Shown here piece after piece: positions 1 through 11,120 of a stretch of 64,000 nt of DNA. Every line of letters begins with the position of its first letter. Positions within the stretch are counted from its first letter, which is position 1. The notes beneath the pieces are model-generated. The model saw only the letters and a list, made by a program, of their open reading frames with translations. It searched no databases and was not told the DNA's origin. The position numbers and the translations under genes were made by a program. This DNA is from Sphaerodactylus townsendi (Eukaryota): NCBI RefSeq assembly GCF_021028975.2, contig NC_059432.1, positions 63,116,001 to 63,180,000 of the forward strand. The letters are read 5' to 3'.

Positions 1-691
1 GAGGTTCTTGCTTACTTTGGAGGCTTCCATTCATTTGTTCCAGCAGTTCTCATTCTTTTTTATCTCCATCGACCTTTTTCTATTCCTTCCAGTCACCAGA
101 ACTAGTTTTGCTTATTAATCTGTTTAGAGTCCATCTTTCTCACAGGGATTCAAGGCCTATGACCAGAATTACTCTTCAATTTGATTCAGCTCTGCCTATT
201 GGATAAGCAGCCAGTGATCCTGTGTCAGACATTTACCATTGGACCTGCTTCCATCTACCTATGATCCTCACTAGTCCTGATCACTCATGTATAGTAATAT
301 AAATGTTGCCTCCCTTATATATTTGCCTATGGGAGACAGTAGCAACAGGATGCAATGGTGTGTAGCAATATAGGGCTTTGTACCAGTGGGGAACACAGAT
401 CAGAAGATCTCTGCTTGGAGATAAAGCAGGCAAGAAAGACTCACTGTAACCGTCTAATTGAAAATCTAATATTGTATTTGTAGCAAAGCAACACCCTTCT
501 TTCACTGAAGTCAATGGGTTCTGAAGAGATAACTCTATTTAGGATTGCAATGTAAGTTTCTCTCAAACTTACTTGTTACCTTAGGAAACTTTACACCTTG
601 AGGGCACCTGGTGAAGTTGATGAACAGTAGATTCAGGACAGACAACAAGAGGGACCGTTTTGTACAATGAATAATTAGGTTATGAAATTCA

Positions 692-832
692 NNNNNNNNN
701 NNNNNNNNNNNNNNNNNNNNNNNNNNNNNNNNNNNNNNNNNNNNNNNNNNNNNNNNNNNNNNNNNNNNNNNNNNNNNNNNNNNNNNNNNNNNNNNNNNNN
801 NNNNNNNNNNNNNNNNNNNNNNNNNNNNNNNN
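692..832. other. Assembly gap (N run)
   Basis: Continuous run of N. Confidence 0.99.
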
Positions 833-1797
833 CCCTCCCCTGGAGGGCTCAGGGCAGTGAACAACCATATAATAAACCAACATCCATATAATAAAACCAA
901 CAACCATCAGATAAAAAACAGCATAAAATAAAAAAGGAACCATATAAAAGCAGATGGCATCATCCCACCCCCTCCACACCCTTGCGCCCATGGGAGGCCA
1001 GATGTAACAACAGCGATGATCCTAACCAGGCTGGCCAAATGCTTGGCGGCACAGGTCCGTCTTACAGGCCCTGTGGAAACTCTGCAAGTCCCACAGGGCC
1101 CTGATCTCCCTCGGGAGCCTGTTTCACTAGATGGGGCCAGCCTAATTGCTTTAGAGCCAGGGATCACCAACAGGTCCTCCTCCGAAGAATGGAGGGGCCT
1201 GACGAGGCAATATGGGGAGAGGCTGTCCCTCAGGTATTCAGGTCCAAAACCGTGGATGGATTTAAAGGTTAAGACCAATACTTTAAACATGACCCGGTAC
1301 TCGATCAGCAGCCAGTGCAGGTGGTAAAGGACCAGTGTGATCCGGTCCTTGCTCAATGTTCCTGTAAGAAGCCTGGCTGCCGCATTCTGCACAAGTTTCA
1401 ATTTTCGGATCATGGCTAAAGGTAAGCCCGCGTAGAGCGAGTTAACAGTAATCTAACCTGGAGGTGACCGTTGCATGAATCATAGTGGCCAGATCAGGAC
1501 GGGAGAGATGCGGGACCAGTTCCCGATTGCCTGCCACAGACGGTAAAAAGCCGCCTGGGCCGTTCTGGTGACCTGAGCCTCCAGCAATAGTGCTGAGTCC
1601 AGAATCACCCCTAGGCTTTTGGTGGAGGAGGCTAGCTGCAAAGCCTCCCCATGCAGTGTAGGCAGGCCAAAGGCCTCCGGAACTCCCCCGACCCAGCCAC
1701 AGGACTTCCGTCTTTATAGGATTTGACTTCAGCCGACTCGCTCTCAACCAACCAGCAACAGCGTCCAAACAACGCTGGAGCACCTCAGGGGCCGAAG
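833..1797 (-). mobile_element. 5'-truncated L2-clade LINE (C-terminal RT region plus 3' UTR), frameshifted
   Basis: Minus ORFs 1442-1783 and 907-1413 give motifs typical of L2 ORF2: WLRASRLKSNPIKTEVLWLG, IHATVTSRLDYC, KLKLVQNAAARLLTG, LHWLLIEYRVMFKVLVLTFK. A 3' stem-loop remnant lies next to the gap. Confidence 0.9.
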
Positions 1798-2958
1798 ACC
1801 AGCTTAGATTGCTTTAAAAGGAACTGGACCTATTCATGAAAAGTAGGTTTGTCTGTGGCTATCACCCATTAAGTTCATAGGCAGTAAACCTCTGAATCCC
1901 AGTGCAAGGGGCCAACAGCAGGGAAAGCCTAATCTTCCATGGATTGGATATAGGCCCTTAAGGGAGGCATCTTGTTGGCTATCCAATGGACTCCTCATTT
2001 GAGAAAAAGAGTTGTTTGCTTTCAGAATGTTTTTATGTAGTGTATATTTGTTTGACCTCTCCAGAGGTTTTTTTACCCTCACCAAATTTTGCTCACATAC
2101 CCCCAGTGGCGTTCCTAGGCAAACTGGCGCCCTGGGCAAAACCTGAGTTGGATGCCCCCCCCCCCCAAGGCGGCCACTCTCCCCCACCTGCACCGGATCC
2201 AAGTCCCGCAGCCCCAGCATGGCTTCGGAGGACTCTTGCGAGTTGTGTCCCAGCAGCTACTCAGTGCAATAACATACCGGCTCTCCCTTCTCCTCCTCCG
2301 GCTACTCTCCCAATCAGCTGCCCCGACCGCCTGCCCAGTCCTGGATCTACCTACAGGACTGGAAGCAACCTAGCAAAAATATTTCCAAAAAGCCTGCTCT
2401 CTTTGCACCACTTGTCAGCCCATCTGTTCTCCAAGCCGCTGCGTTTTCTTTTAGCTGTCTTTGCGTCCCACCCACCCGAAGCAAAAAAAAAAAAAAAACC
2501 CTGCACCAAGCCACATGCATTTGCAAACCAGCAAAAAAACCCAACGCAGATCGCCTCAGCCAGCCGGGGAGAGGGGCAAGGGCAGCCCTGCCGAGAGCTG
2601 CAGGGGTTGGTGGGGGGTCCCCCCGCAGAGCTCTGTTCCCCCCTTCTCTTTCGCACTCTCTCTCTCCGTGCTTTCTTTTTCAGTTCCTGGAGACTGGGGA
2701 GGAAATGGCCAAGGCGAGGGTTGGGTTGCTGTGGCGGCAGCAAAGGGCTGGGGCTGGCGCAGGGATGGAGTGCGCCCCCTCCTCTCTTTCTCTCCCGACT
2801 TTCGGGGGTTGGAGCACAGCAGGCCTCGGGAAGGGTGAGGAGGGGTCCAAGGATGGGAGGCCCTAGGAGCGGAAAGTCAGAGGGAAGAAGTCCTCAAGGC
2901 CGCAGACTGCAGGCAGAGCCCCCCCCCCGCCCGCAGCACCCGGGGGAGCCCGGACAGG

Positions 2959-3649
2959 CCAGCACTCTCCCAGGAAGCTGCTGCTCCTACGCAGGAAGGA
3001 AACCGGCCTGCCAAAGGGCCGCAAGGTTTCAGCAACCTCCGCCAGCACACCATCGCTGCCCCCCCCTCCTGGAATTAATCCAATACTTAAACTGGAGCAT
3101 CTCTGCCTAGGCTCCCATGCTTAGAGGCACTCCTGGGGGGTGGAGAAGCGACAGGCCCCGCGTTTCCTACCATCCACACCAAGCCACAGACACACAGCCC
3201 CAGGACTGTGAATGCACCTCCTGGCCTGACTCCTCTCTGCTGGAGCATCCTGCCCCGTTAGGGTTGAGATCCTGTGCCCTACCCAACTGCGGGTGCCAAA
3301 GGGAGTGTGTATGTGTGTGTGTGTGGGGGGGGAGCCGAAGATATTTCGGAGGCTGCTGTTGGGCAAGTCTTTCTGGGTGGAAGTCCAAGTGACTTTTGGG
3401 CATTTAAAAATTAGAAGGCGCCGGCTAATAATCTGAATATATGCGTGTGTGCGTACGGGTGCGCATGTGCGAGAGAGAGAGACTAAGAAGCTGGAAGGCG
3501 GGAGGAGTGATCCTGCGCAATGTTCACACATGCAGCTGTATTAGTTACACTCTCCCAGCACTCTCCCAGGAAGCTGCTGCTCCTACGCAGGAAGGAAACC
3601 GGCCTGCCAAAGGGCCGCAAGGTTTCAGCAACCTCCGCCAGCACACCAT
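2959..3649 (+). repeat. 95-bp exact direct repeat (2959-3053 and 3555-3649)
   Basis: CCAGCACTCTCCCAGGAAGCTG...GCCAGCACACCAT is identical in both places. Confidence 0.95.
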
Positions 3650-4269
3650 TTTATTTTATTAAATGCTAGTTTCAAGTGCTCTGATCCACAGCTGAAGGCG
3701 GCTCCATTAGCATAACACTGATGTTTAATTTTCATACGCATAATTAGCCATATATTTAACACTAATAGCAACGCGCAACGCCTTTGCCGGTTTGAAACAG
3801 CCTGGGGGGGGGGAATACAGTCTTTTTATAAAAAAATAGAACACCGCCCTTTCCCTGGGCTACACCTAGATTTGTTGAGGGCGCGCGCAGAGTCCCCAGC
3901 TCGGTAATCAAGTGCACATTTTGGCAAAAGGAGAACACACCAATTAAAAAAATGAAAATTCCACACAAATTACATTGCTGATGGCGTCACAGATATTAGT
4001 GGAAAGGGTTTCCTCCCTCTGTCTCTCTTGCTCACTCGCTGATGGGTGGAGACCCCAACCGGCTCCCCAGCAGAACTCCCACCCTCCCACAAGAGCTCCA
4101 AACTCCTCTGGGATGCCTTCCAGAGGAGGACACCCCGCGGGTGCCCCCCACTCACTCAGCCCACCCCAGCCAGCCCCGCAGTAGTGGCCTTGTACTGGAT
4201 CTGAGCTGTAGCGCCGCTCCTCCTCCTCCTGGCTGGGCGAGTGCCGCTCTCCGCAAGGCGGCTCAGCTA

Positions 4270-4366
4270 TATGAGTTTCTTAAAGGGGCAATTCCCCAAC
4301 GATTGCTTAAAGGGGAAAGCAATCTTTAAGCAAACTTTGGAGAATTACCCTTTTAAGAAACTCATA
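4270..4366. repeat. Imperfect inverted repeat, 43-bp arms and 11-nt loop
   Basis: 4270-4312 versus the reverse complement of 4324-4366: 38/43 identical. Confidence 0.9.
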
Positions 4367-5742
4367 GATAGAGGCTCAGACTGATTGCCGGAGCTGCAGT
4401 CTGGAGCCGAGCCTGAGCCTCGGGTGAATGAGGGGGTTGAGTGGGGCTGGCGGGCGGGTGGCAGGAGCCTGCTGGATGCCCCCCCGCATGACCCCTGATT
4501 TTGCCCAATGGGTGGGATGCTCGCTGAACTTTGGAGGTGCCGCGGAGGCGGAGCTCTCCCCCTTCCTCTGAGTCTGACTTGCTCGGCTGCTCGGGTGGTT
4601 TGTGTGGGCTGGGCCAGCCACCGTGGGGAGTGGGCGGGGCTCCGGCTCAGGACTTTTGATGCCCCCACGTGACCTATAATTCCAACGCCCAAGGCAGCTG
4701 CCCTCTCTGCCCAATGGATGATCCGCCTCTGCATACCCCAGTCCTGCACTGTATTTTATTTCATTCTAGTAGTTTTGTCCAGGTCCTTTGCTGCTGCCGC
4801 ACAAGAGAAACAGAACTTTGACCAAATTATGTCTTTAATCCATTGCCCAAATTATGTCATTTAAAACATATATTTTTCCACTGTGTGATGTTTTGGAATC
4901 TCATTAAAAACCATGGAGGAATTCCAAAGGATTCATACATGTTAGCTTGGATCTTCACAATGCTGACTTTCAGCCAAACCGATGGTTTCTGAGTGCCCCC
5001 TTTAGGAACGAAGTCATATGTTCATTCAGAAAGATGGGTGGGAGGTCTGTTGCCAAGCCAGGATATGCCACATACAAGCAAATAGAATATACTCCTGATA
5101 GAATCCTTACGGGCTGCTTTGGCTCTTGCAAATGGACTGCTTTGAGACCTCGGAGTAATTACTTAGTTTATAAGTGGGTCTCAAAGCATCTGATGCACAA
5201 ACACTGCAAGCCGATCGCAAGGCTAGAAGGCATACACTTATTTCTGTATTACTAAATGTACATGAACAAAGGTCAATATGGATAGCTGCTGAATTCATGT
5301 ATACAAGTTTCCTGAGGCAATCAAGTAATGATTTGCATGTGTGAAATAGTTATCATGGATTAAACACTATATCTGAAGGGATGCCTGGATTTTTGGGTTG
5401 CATGCCGAGTGGTGGTGCTTTGGAGCATTTCCCCATGGTACATGAGGGCTGTTTTCCATTTCAGGCTTGCCTTGAGCTACAGTGCTGCTGGGACACACCT
5501 TGCTCCCAGTGCATCTGACCAACTACACCTGCCTCTCTTCCTTTGATTTCCAGTTCCCAGGATCTTCACAATTAGACATATAAACCAATTTGGCATCCAG
5601 AAAAGGTGCCACTGGTCTGGCAGAATGTGCATGAGTTTTCCTTTATTAAACACTTGGCTGGGTATCAACCCTGATACAGAAAACCTCTTCTTTCTGTCCC
5701 AAAGTACTGGAACTTGAGGGAGTGCAACGAAATTCATAGGCA

Positions 5743-5965
5743 GAGAGCCATCATGGTGTACTGGTTAAAGTGTCAAACTAGGATCTGGCAGACACAGGTT
5801 CAAATCCCTATTCTTGCTGGGTGACCTTGGGCCAGTTACATGCTCTCAGCCTAACCTACCTCACAGGGTTTCTGTAAAGATAAAGTGGAAGATGGGAAAC
5901 CAATGTATACTGCCTCAGCTCCCAGGAGAAAGGTTTGGATAAAATTTTTACTAAATAAATAATAA
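5743..5965 (+). mobile_element. Older tRNA-derived SINE (Squam3/MIR-like)
   Basis: A box TGGTGTACTGG, B box GGTTCAAATCC, GGGTGACCTTGGGC core and TAAA tail. Confidence 0.8.
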
Positions 5966-5994
5966 AAGAACGTGCTTCTTCTCACAATACATAC

Positions 5995-6262
5995 TTATCT
6001 CATTGCCATCTGATAGGATAGCCACTGTCTGGATGGCTTCCACAAGAGCTTGGATGAATTCATGGAGAATAGGTTCCACAGCGCTTGGAACCAGTATAAC
6101 GCTGAAGGCCAGTTGCTGAGGTGCAGCTAGGTGGGGTAGGTTTTCACCAATGTGCCAATGTGTTCGTAGGTTTCCCAGGAGCATCTGGCAGGTCGCTGTG
6201 GGAAACAAGTTGCTGTGCTAGATGGCTTGTTGGTCTGATCCAGAAGGTTTCTTCTTATATTT
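5995..6262 (+). mobile_element. CR1 LINE 3' fragment
   Basis: TTGGATGAATTCATGGAG...CTAGATGG...GGTCTGATCCAG...TTCTTAT resembles a squamate CR1 3' end. Confidence 0.65.
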
Positions 6263-7064
6263 TTACTTCATTGAACTGAACTGAAGTGGCAGAAAAAGTC
6301 AGTGAATCTACTTAGTGGGTGAAACCTGCTCCTGGAGTGTGAGGTTCAGTCAGAAATGTCACCATCAAACAGCTGTCGTGAACCAGACTTTTGGTCTGAG
6401 ACATGGAAAATGGCTTCTGGTTCCACCACAGAAATACTTCACTAGCCTCCACATTACAGGCAACCTATCAACCAGGGAGTTACAGAATACAGCATGTACA
6501 GCTCTGTTGCTCAGCTTGGTTTTGCTTTTCAGACTGCAGAGAGAATCTCATGGGCCACAACTCTTCCTCGCTTCAACACCACTTAAAAATTAAAAGAACA
6601 AAATAACCTCCTCTGCACCAGGCCTAAGGTTAATTGTTCAGAATCTGTCACTGCCACAGAAGTTAATTAAAGTTATTTGTTGTTACTTTAAAATATGCTG
6701 GTTCGGCTGTCCTGCTGGGACGCTGCTGTCTTCCAAGGGGCTGCTCAGAAGCTTCCATTAACCCTGCTGCGCCTGGTCTGCCCTGCACCTACGAAGCTGC
6801 CGATGGCTGCCGACCCCTTCAGTTAATGTTGCCACTTTTTTTCTCAGGAAAGGCTCCTGTGCGAAAGCAGAACTGAACAGGGGAAGTAATCCTCATCATT
6901 CAAAGAAAATTTCATCTATTGCATTTATTCTTGACATGCAGGTCTTAAAGGCACTGGTTTGAGAGCAACCCTGAATAATGTATTGTCGAAGGCTTTCATG
7001 GCCAGATTCAACTGGTTGTGGTGGGTTTTCCGGGCTGTGTGGCCATGGTCTGGTGGTTCTTGTT

Positions 7065-7105
7065 CCTAATGTTTCACCTGCATCTGTGGCTGACATCTTC
7101 AGAGG
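7065..7105 (-). ncRNA. Minimal type I hammerhead ribozyme motif (degenerate)
   Basis: Minus strand reads CCT-CTGAAGA-t-GTC..GGT-GAAA-CA-TT-AGG. The core boxes are intact; stem II and the stem III palindrome are weakened. Confidence 0.65.
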
Positions 7106-7340
7106 TGTGTCACAGAGAGAAGTCTGTTACACACTGTGTCAGAAGTCTGTTAACAACTGGTTGTTTACAAGCACCATTTTAACAACTGGTTAAAACACCA
7201 TTTTAACAACCGAAGTGGTGCAAACCTGCTGAATCCCACTACTGGTACTCTTCCTTTTCTCGGACATGAGCATCTGAGACAGACCATGATCCGTTCTTTG
7301 ATTCAGCCAGTTAAAGGACAAGTCTTCCCCCTGCGATACA

Positions 7341-7381
7341 CCTGTGAAGATGCCAGCCACAGATGTAGGCAAAACGTTAGG
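7341..7381 (+). ncRNA. Minimal hammerhead motif with core mutations (likely inactive)
   Basis: CCT-GTGAAGA-tGCC..GGC-AAAACGTT-AGG; C3 and G12 are substituted. Confidence 0.6.
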
Positions 7382-8299
7382 AACAAGATCCACCAGACCA
7401 CAGCCACACAGCCTGGAAAACCTACCACAACCAACCTTGAACAAGTCTGCTCGGAGTCCTACTCACGTATATCCAAGTGTTCTTAGGATTGTAGTGATCT
7501 TAGTGTCAACACTTCCCCGTTCTTTTCTCTCCCTCCCTATCAATATGTACTTGGGGATTAAAGGAGAAAGCCTGTATTTTGATTTGCCATGGTCCTTCTG
7601 CTATGTTCCCTAAAACTTGCAGTGAAGCACTGAACACTGTTTCTTCTATCTTTGAATCCACTCTTCCGGGTTTTGCACAAAAATAAACATTGGCATTATA
7701 ATTGTCTGTCTTTGTTTTGTCTGAGTAACGCTGGGAGAAGTTTTAATCATGCCCTGAGTGGATTTGAAGCAATCTAAAGCAATTCTGCTGTGGTGATGTC
7801 TGGGAACCTTTATTCCAGTTAAACTTTTAACAGCTTTTATTCATTTATAGCATTTAAACACAATAATTGTAAAAGGGGTGGGGGGAAAAAGAGAAATGAG
7901 CGCTGGGAGACTGTATGATCATGATGCTGTGCAGATTTTGGACAAGCCACTTGGAAAGAAAAGGATTGTTTTAGGATGTGCACAACTTCGGACTTTCCGG
8001 TCTTTACAAATAGGAAGCAGAGTTCATACATCACAGTCCCTCTGGGGTCTGGATTTCATCACTTGATCAAACATGCAACACATTGCCAAGAAGAAACACA
8101 GGTCAGGGAGTCAGTCAGGGAGTCAGGAATCTCCACCTCATATCAAGAAACATGGATTTATTGCTCCATACATACAGAACAACTTTTTTTGGGGGGGGGC
8201 ATTCATTTTATCCCATGAAAAGACAGCACCATTTGAAGAAAAGAGATATAATCTGAAGGAGGAACAGGAAGCTCGCAAAGAGTGGTTTCACTGCATGGT

Positions 8300-8705
8300 C
8301 AATAATACTCCATTAAGGGCATTTAGGGAAGAGCTTCTGGTTTTTTTCAGATCAAACAGGTCTTGCTGGAGAGGGTGATTGCCCCCAGGATTTGGAATAG
8401 TCTCCCCATGGAGATTTGCCATGAGCCTACCCTTTATAGATTTAGAGGCATGGCAAAGATCTTCCTCTTTTTATCCAGGCATTTGGTTAGCTTCCCTGGA
8501 AACCCCCTCTACAGCTGCTGCCTGGGGGGCAGGGGTGGAGTCAGGTGGAGTAGAGTTTTCTTTACTGTTATTTTTATTGTTCTTTTTATTGTTATATTTT
8601 ATTTATGATGTTTTACTGTGGTGTTTAAATTGTTTTTAACCTGTATAAGCTGCTTAGAGACGCAAGTATGAGGCAGAGTATAAATTTTTATAAATTAAAT
8701 AAAAT
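8300..8705 (+). mobile_element. L2 LINE 3' fragment
   Basis: Translates as VIAPRIWNSLPMEI...FRGMAKIFLF (L2 ORF2 C-terminus), followed by a T-rich UTR and TAAA tail. Confidence 0.75.
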
Positions 8706-9141
8706 ATAGCAGAACAGCCAGTTAACCAAGATTAAATACATTTGCTTATATACATTTAACACTCTGCCACCTTGCTTTAGAGACAGCATGGATACAGTCA
8801 GTATGCAGAATCTGGGTATAGATGGGTGACAGTGAAAATGAGCCAGAATGGGATCACTACTAGTGGGGTGGTGATGGTTGTTCAGGATGTCCTTTCTTGC
8901 TGTCCATTGGGAACCATGACAAGTGGAAGCTACTCTTCCAGTGGTCAAAAAAAGAGCACACATGGCCAGGGAACTCTCAGTGACATGTCCTTTGACTTGC
9001 TGAATCAAAGAACGGATCATGGTTTGTCTCAGATGCTCATGCCCGAGAAAAGGAAGAGTACCAGTGGTGGGATTCAGCAGGTTTGCACCACTTCGACAAA
9101 ACCAGTTGTTAAAATGGTGATTGTAAACAATCAGTTGTTAA

Positions 9142-9276
9142 CAGACTTCTGACACAGTGTGTAACAGACTTCTCTCTGTGACACACCTCTGAAGATGTCA
9201 GCCACAGATGCAGGCGAAAAGTTAGGAACAAGATCTACCAGACCACAGCCACACAGCCCGGAAAAACCACCACAAC
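9142..9276 (+). mobile_element. Single-arm Penelope-like insertion
   Basis: Homologous to the arms at 7.0-7.4 kb. Perfect 14-bp TSD CAATCAGTTGTTAA at 9128-9141 and 9277-9290. Confidence 0.8.
9186..9226 (+). ncRNA. Minimal type I hammerhead ribozyme motif
   Basis: CCT-CTGAAGA-t-GTC..GGC-GAAA-AG-TT-AGG. The core is intact; the ACGT palindrome is mutated to AAGT. Confidence 0.65.
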
Positions 9277-10822
9277 CAATCAGTTGTTAAATTATTTGAA
9301 TCCCGCCACTGGAACCAGTTGTTAAATTATTTGAATCCCACCACTGAGGAGTACCCTATAGCCTCAAAACCTACATAAATGGAACATTTAATAATTAGAG
9401 ACAGTTTCAACTTGGCAAGTAAACTACACTGTATGCACTTCTTTTATTTCATTGTCTAATGTTTCAGACCTTAATGGTACTGCAGAATTATGACATTTTT
9501 AAAAATCTCCTGTAATTTGCTCATCTATAGAACTTGGCTCTATAGCTTCCTCCACTATGTACAATGAAGTGTTTTGTGCAAGGAGTAGCCATCCTGATCT
9601 GCAGGCAGAAATGCTCTGGGTTCATCTGTGTATGTAAGAGCAGGAGCAGAGTGGCAAAGGAGGAGGAGAAGGCTTAGGGTGGAAGTCTGAATCAGCTTCC
9701 CAACTCTCTTAGGGTGAGGAAATAGGACTGCAGTTCTAAGAGGGAGGCAAGAGCCTGCCAGTTCGATCAATATGGTCTGGGCTGGCCTGCTCCCCTGTCT
9801 TTAAGAGAGGTGTAACATGCAGAAGGCAGCAGGTGATGTTTTTTATGGCACCTAATCGCCTAATTAATTGCTGTAACTGAGTCTGCTATTAAAAAGACAC
9901 CTGAAGGCCCTTCTCTAAGAGCAGGCCAACTTGTCTGTAACAGAGTGGGCTTGGAGCTCTGATAAAATGCCAGTTCCCATGATTTCTTGGGGAATCCATA
10001 TTGTCTTACATTTGTAATAACAAATAACGCCCTGTAGGATTGAATGTGGTACCAGGCCTTCTCCCCAACTTCATCTTTGGTCAAGAATGAGAGTAGTACC
10101 ACCAACCACCCTTTACTTTGATGTATCTGAATCAAATGTTGGGATGCTAAAGCAGCTTTTTGGGGTTCAGTTGGTCAGTGAAGTAATTGAGAAAAATCTT
10201 GCAATGAAATCAAGCAAATCTATATTGCATTCTGATTGCAAGTGTAAAAACTGTCACTTTCAAGCAATTCAAATGCTGTACAAAGATGCAGCTGGTGAAT
10301 GAAGGGAAGAAGGGCCAGTTCATGGTAATGCAGACCTGCCTTATACTGCTGAGATGGAACAGTGGTTGATCTAACCCACTCCTCTGCTTTGGCTGGTGGT
10401 GACCTTTCTCGATCCTGCTGCCTACAGTACTTTCGACTGGGGACCTTCTGGGCACCAGGTACAACCTCAGCCACAGAGTTATATCTTCTTGTCCAGAATA
10501 CTAGGAACAATCAGTGTGGTAAAGAAACAGTCAGTTTTCAGGGAACAGTATTCTGCTCAATTAAGCAAAGCCTTGCCCAATTCTCCTTTGACTTCTAATT
10601 CTTGAGTACAAAAAAAAGGATAATTTCTAAACTATAAGAACAAAAAAGTTCATGCATTTAGTATATTAGATTCAAACTATATAAATATATTTTCATACTT
10701 TCTGTGCGTTTGAATTCCTGCAGATTTCAACCCATTTTACTTGAACATTGATTGGCCACTAAATAGTGCCATCTTCTGGCAATTTTTTCAATTACAGTGC
10801 ACTGCCTTCAATCTTGGCAATT

Positions 10823-11120
10823 GAAGAAGAAGAAGAGTTGGATTTATACTCCCTTTCTCTCATGTAAGGAGACTCAAAGGGGCTAACAAACTCCTTTCCC
10901 TTCTCCTCCCCACAACAAACACCCTGAGAGGTAGGTGTGGCTGAGAGAGCTCCGAAGAACTGTGACTAGCCCAAGGTCACCCAGCTAGCATGTATTGGAG
11001 TGCACAGGCTAATCAGAATTCCCCAGATAAACCTCCACAGCTCAAGGGGCAGACAGGGAATCAAACCTGGTTCCTCCAGATTATACACCTGCTCTTAACC
11101 ACTACGCCACTGCTGCTCTC
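10823..11120 (-). mobile_element. tRNA-derived SINE (Squam3-like)
   Basis: Minus-strand A box TGGCGTAGTGG, B box GGTTTGATTCC and (TTC)n tail; highly similar to the copy at 12190. Confidence 0.9.

Larger units (their letters stand above)
2104..4731. mobile_element. Non-autonomous hAT (Tip100-like) element, 2.6 kb, with GC-rich internal cargo
   Basis: Ends CAGTGGCG...CGCCTCTG (imperfect TIR). Perfect 8-bp TSD CATACCCC at 2096-2103 and 4732-4739. The first ~80 bp match the element at 29387. Confidence 0.85.
6979..7431. mobile_element. Fold-back non-autonomous Penelope-like element containing captured flanking DNA
   Basis: Inverted arms at ~6979-7150 and 7321-7431, each with a hammerhead-like motif. 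Imperfect 13-bp TSD CAACCCTGAATAA (6966-6978) / CAACCTTGAACAA (7432-7444). Confidence 0.75.
9062..9346. mobile_element. hAT MITE interrupted by a Penelope-like insertion
   Basis: TIRs CAGTGGTGGGATTC / GAATCCCACCACTG. TSD AAGAGTAC / AGGAGTAC (7/8). Confidence 0.88.

Noticed and set aside
1986-3110. 374-aa ORF, the longest in the window
   Set aside because: Low-complexity P/G/A/S content from GC-rich DNA; it crosses a transposon boundary and a poly-A run and has no recognisable domain.
2104-4731. CpG-island promoter of a host gene
   Set aside because: The whole block lies between TIR-like ends and a perfect 8-bp TSD, and no downstream exons were recognised.
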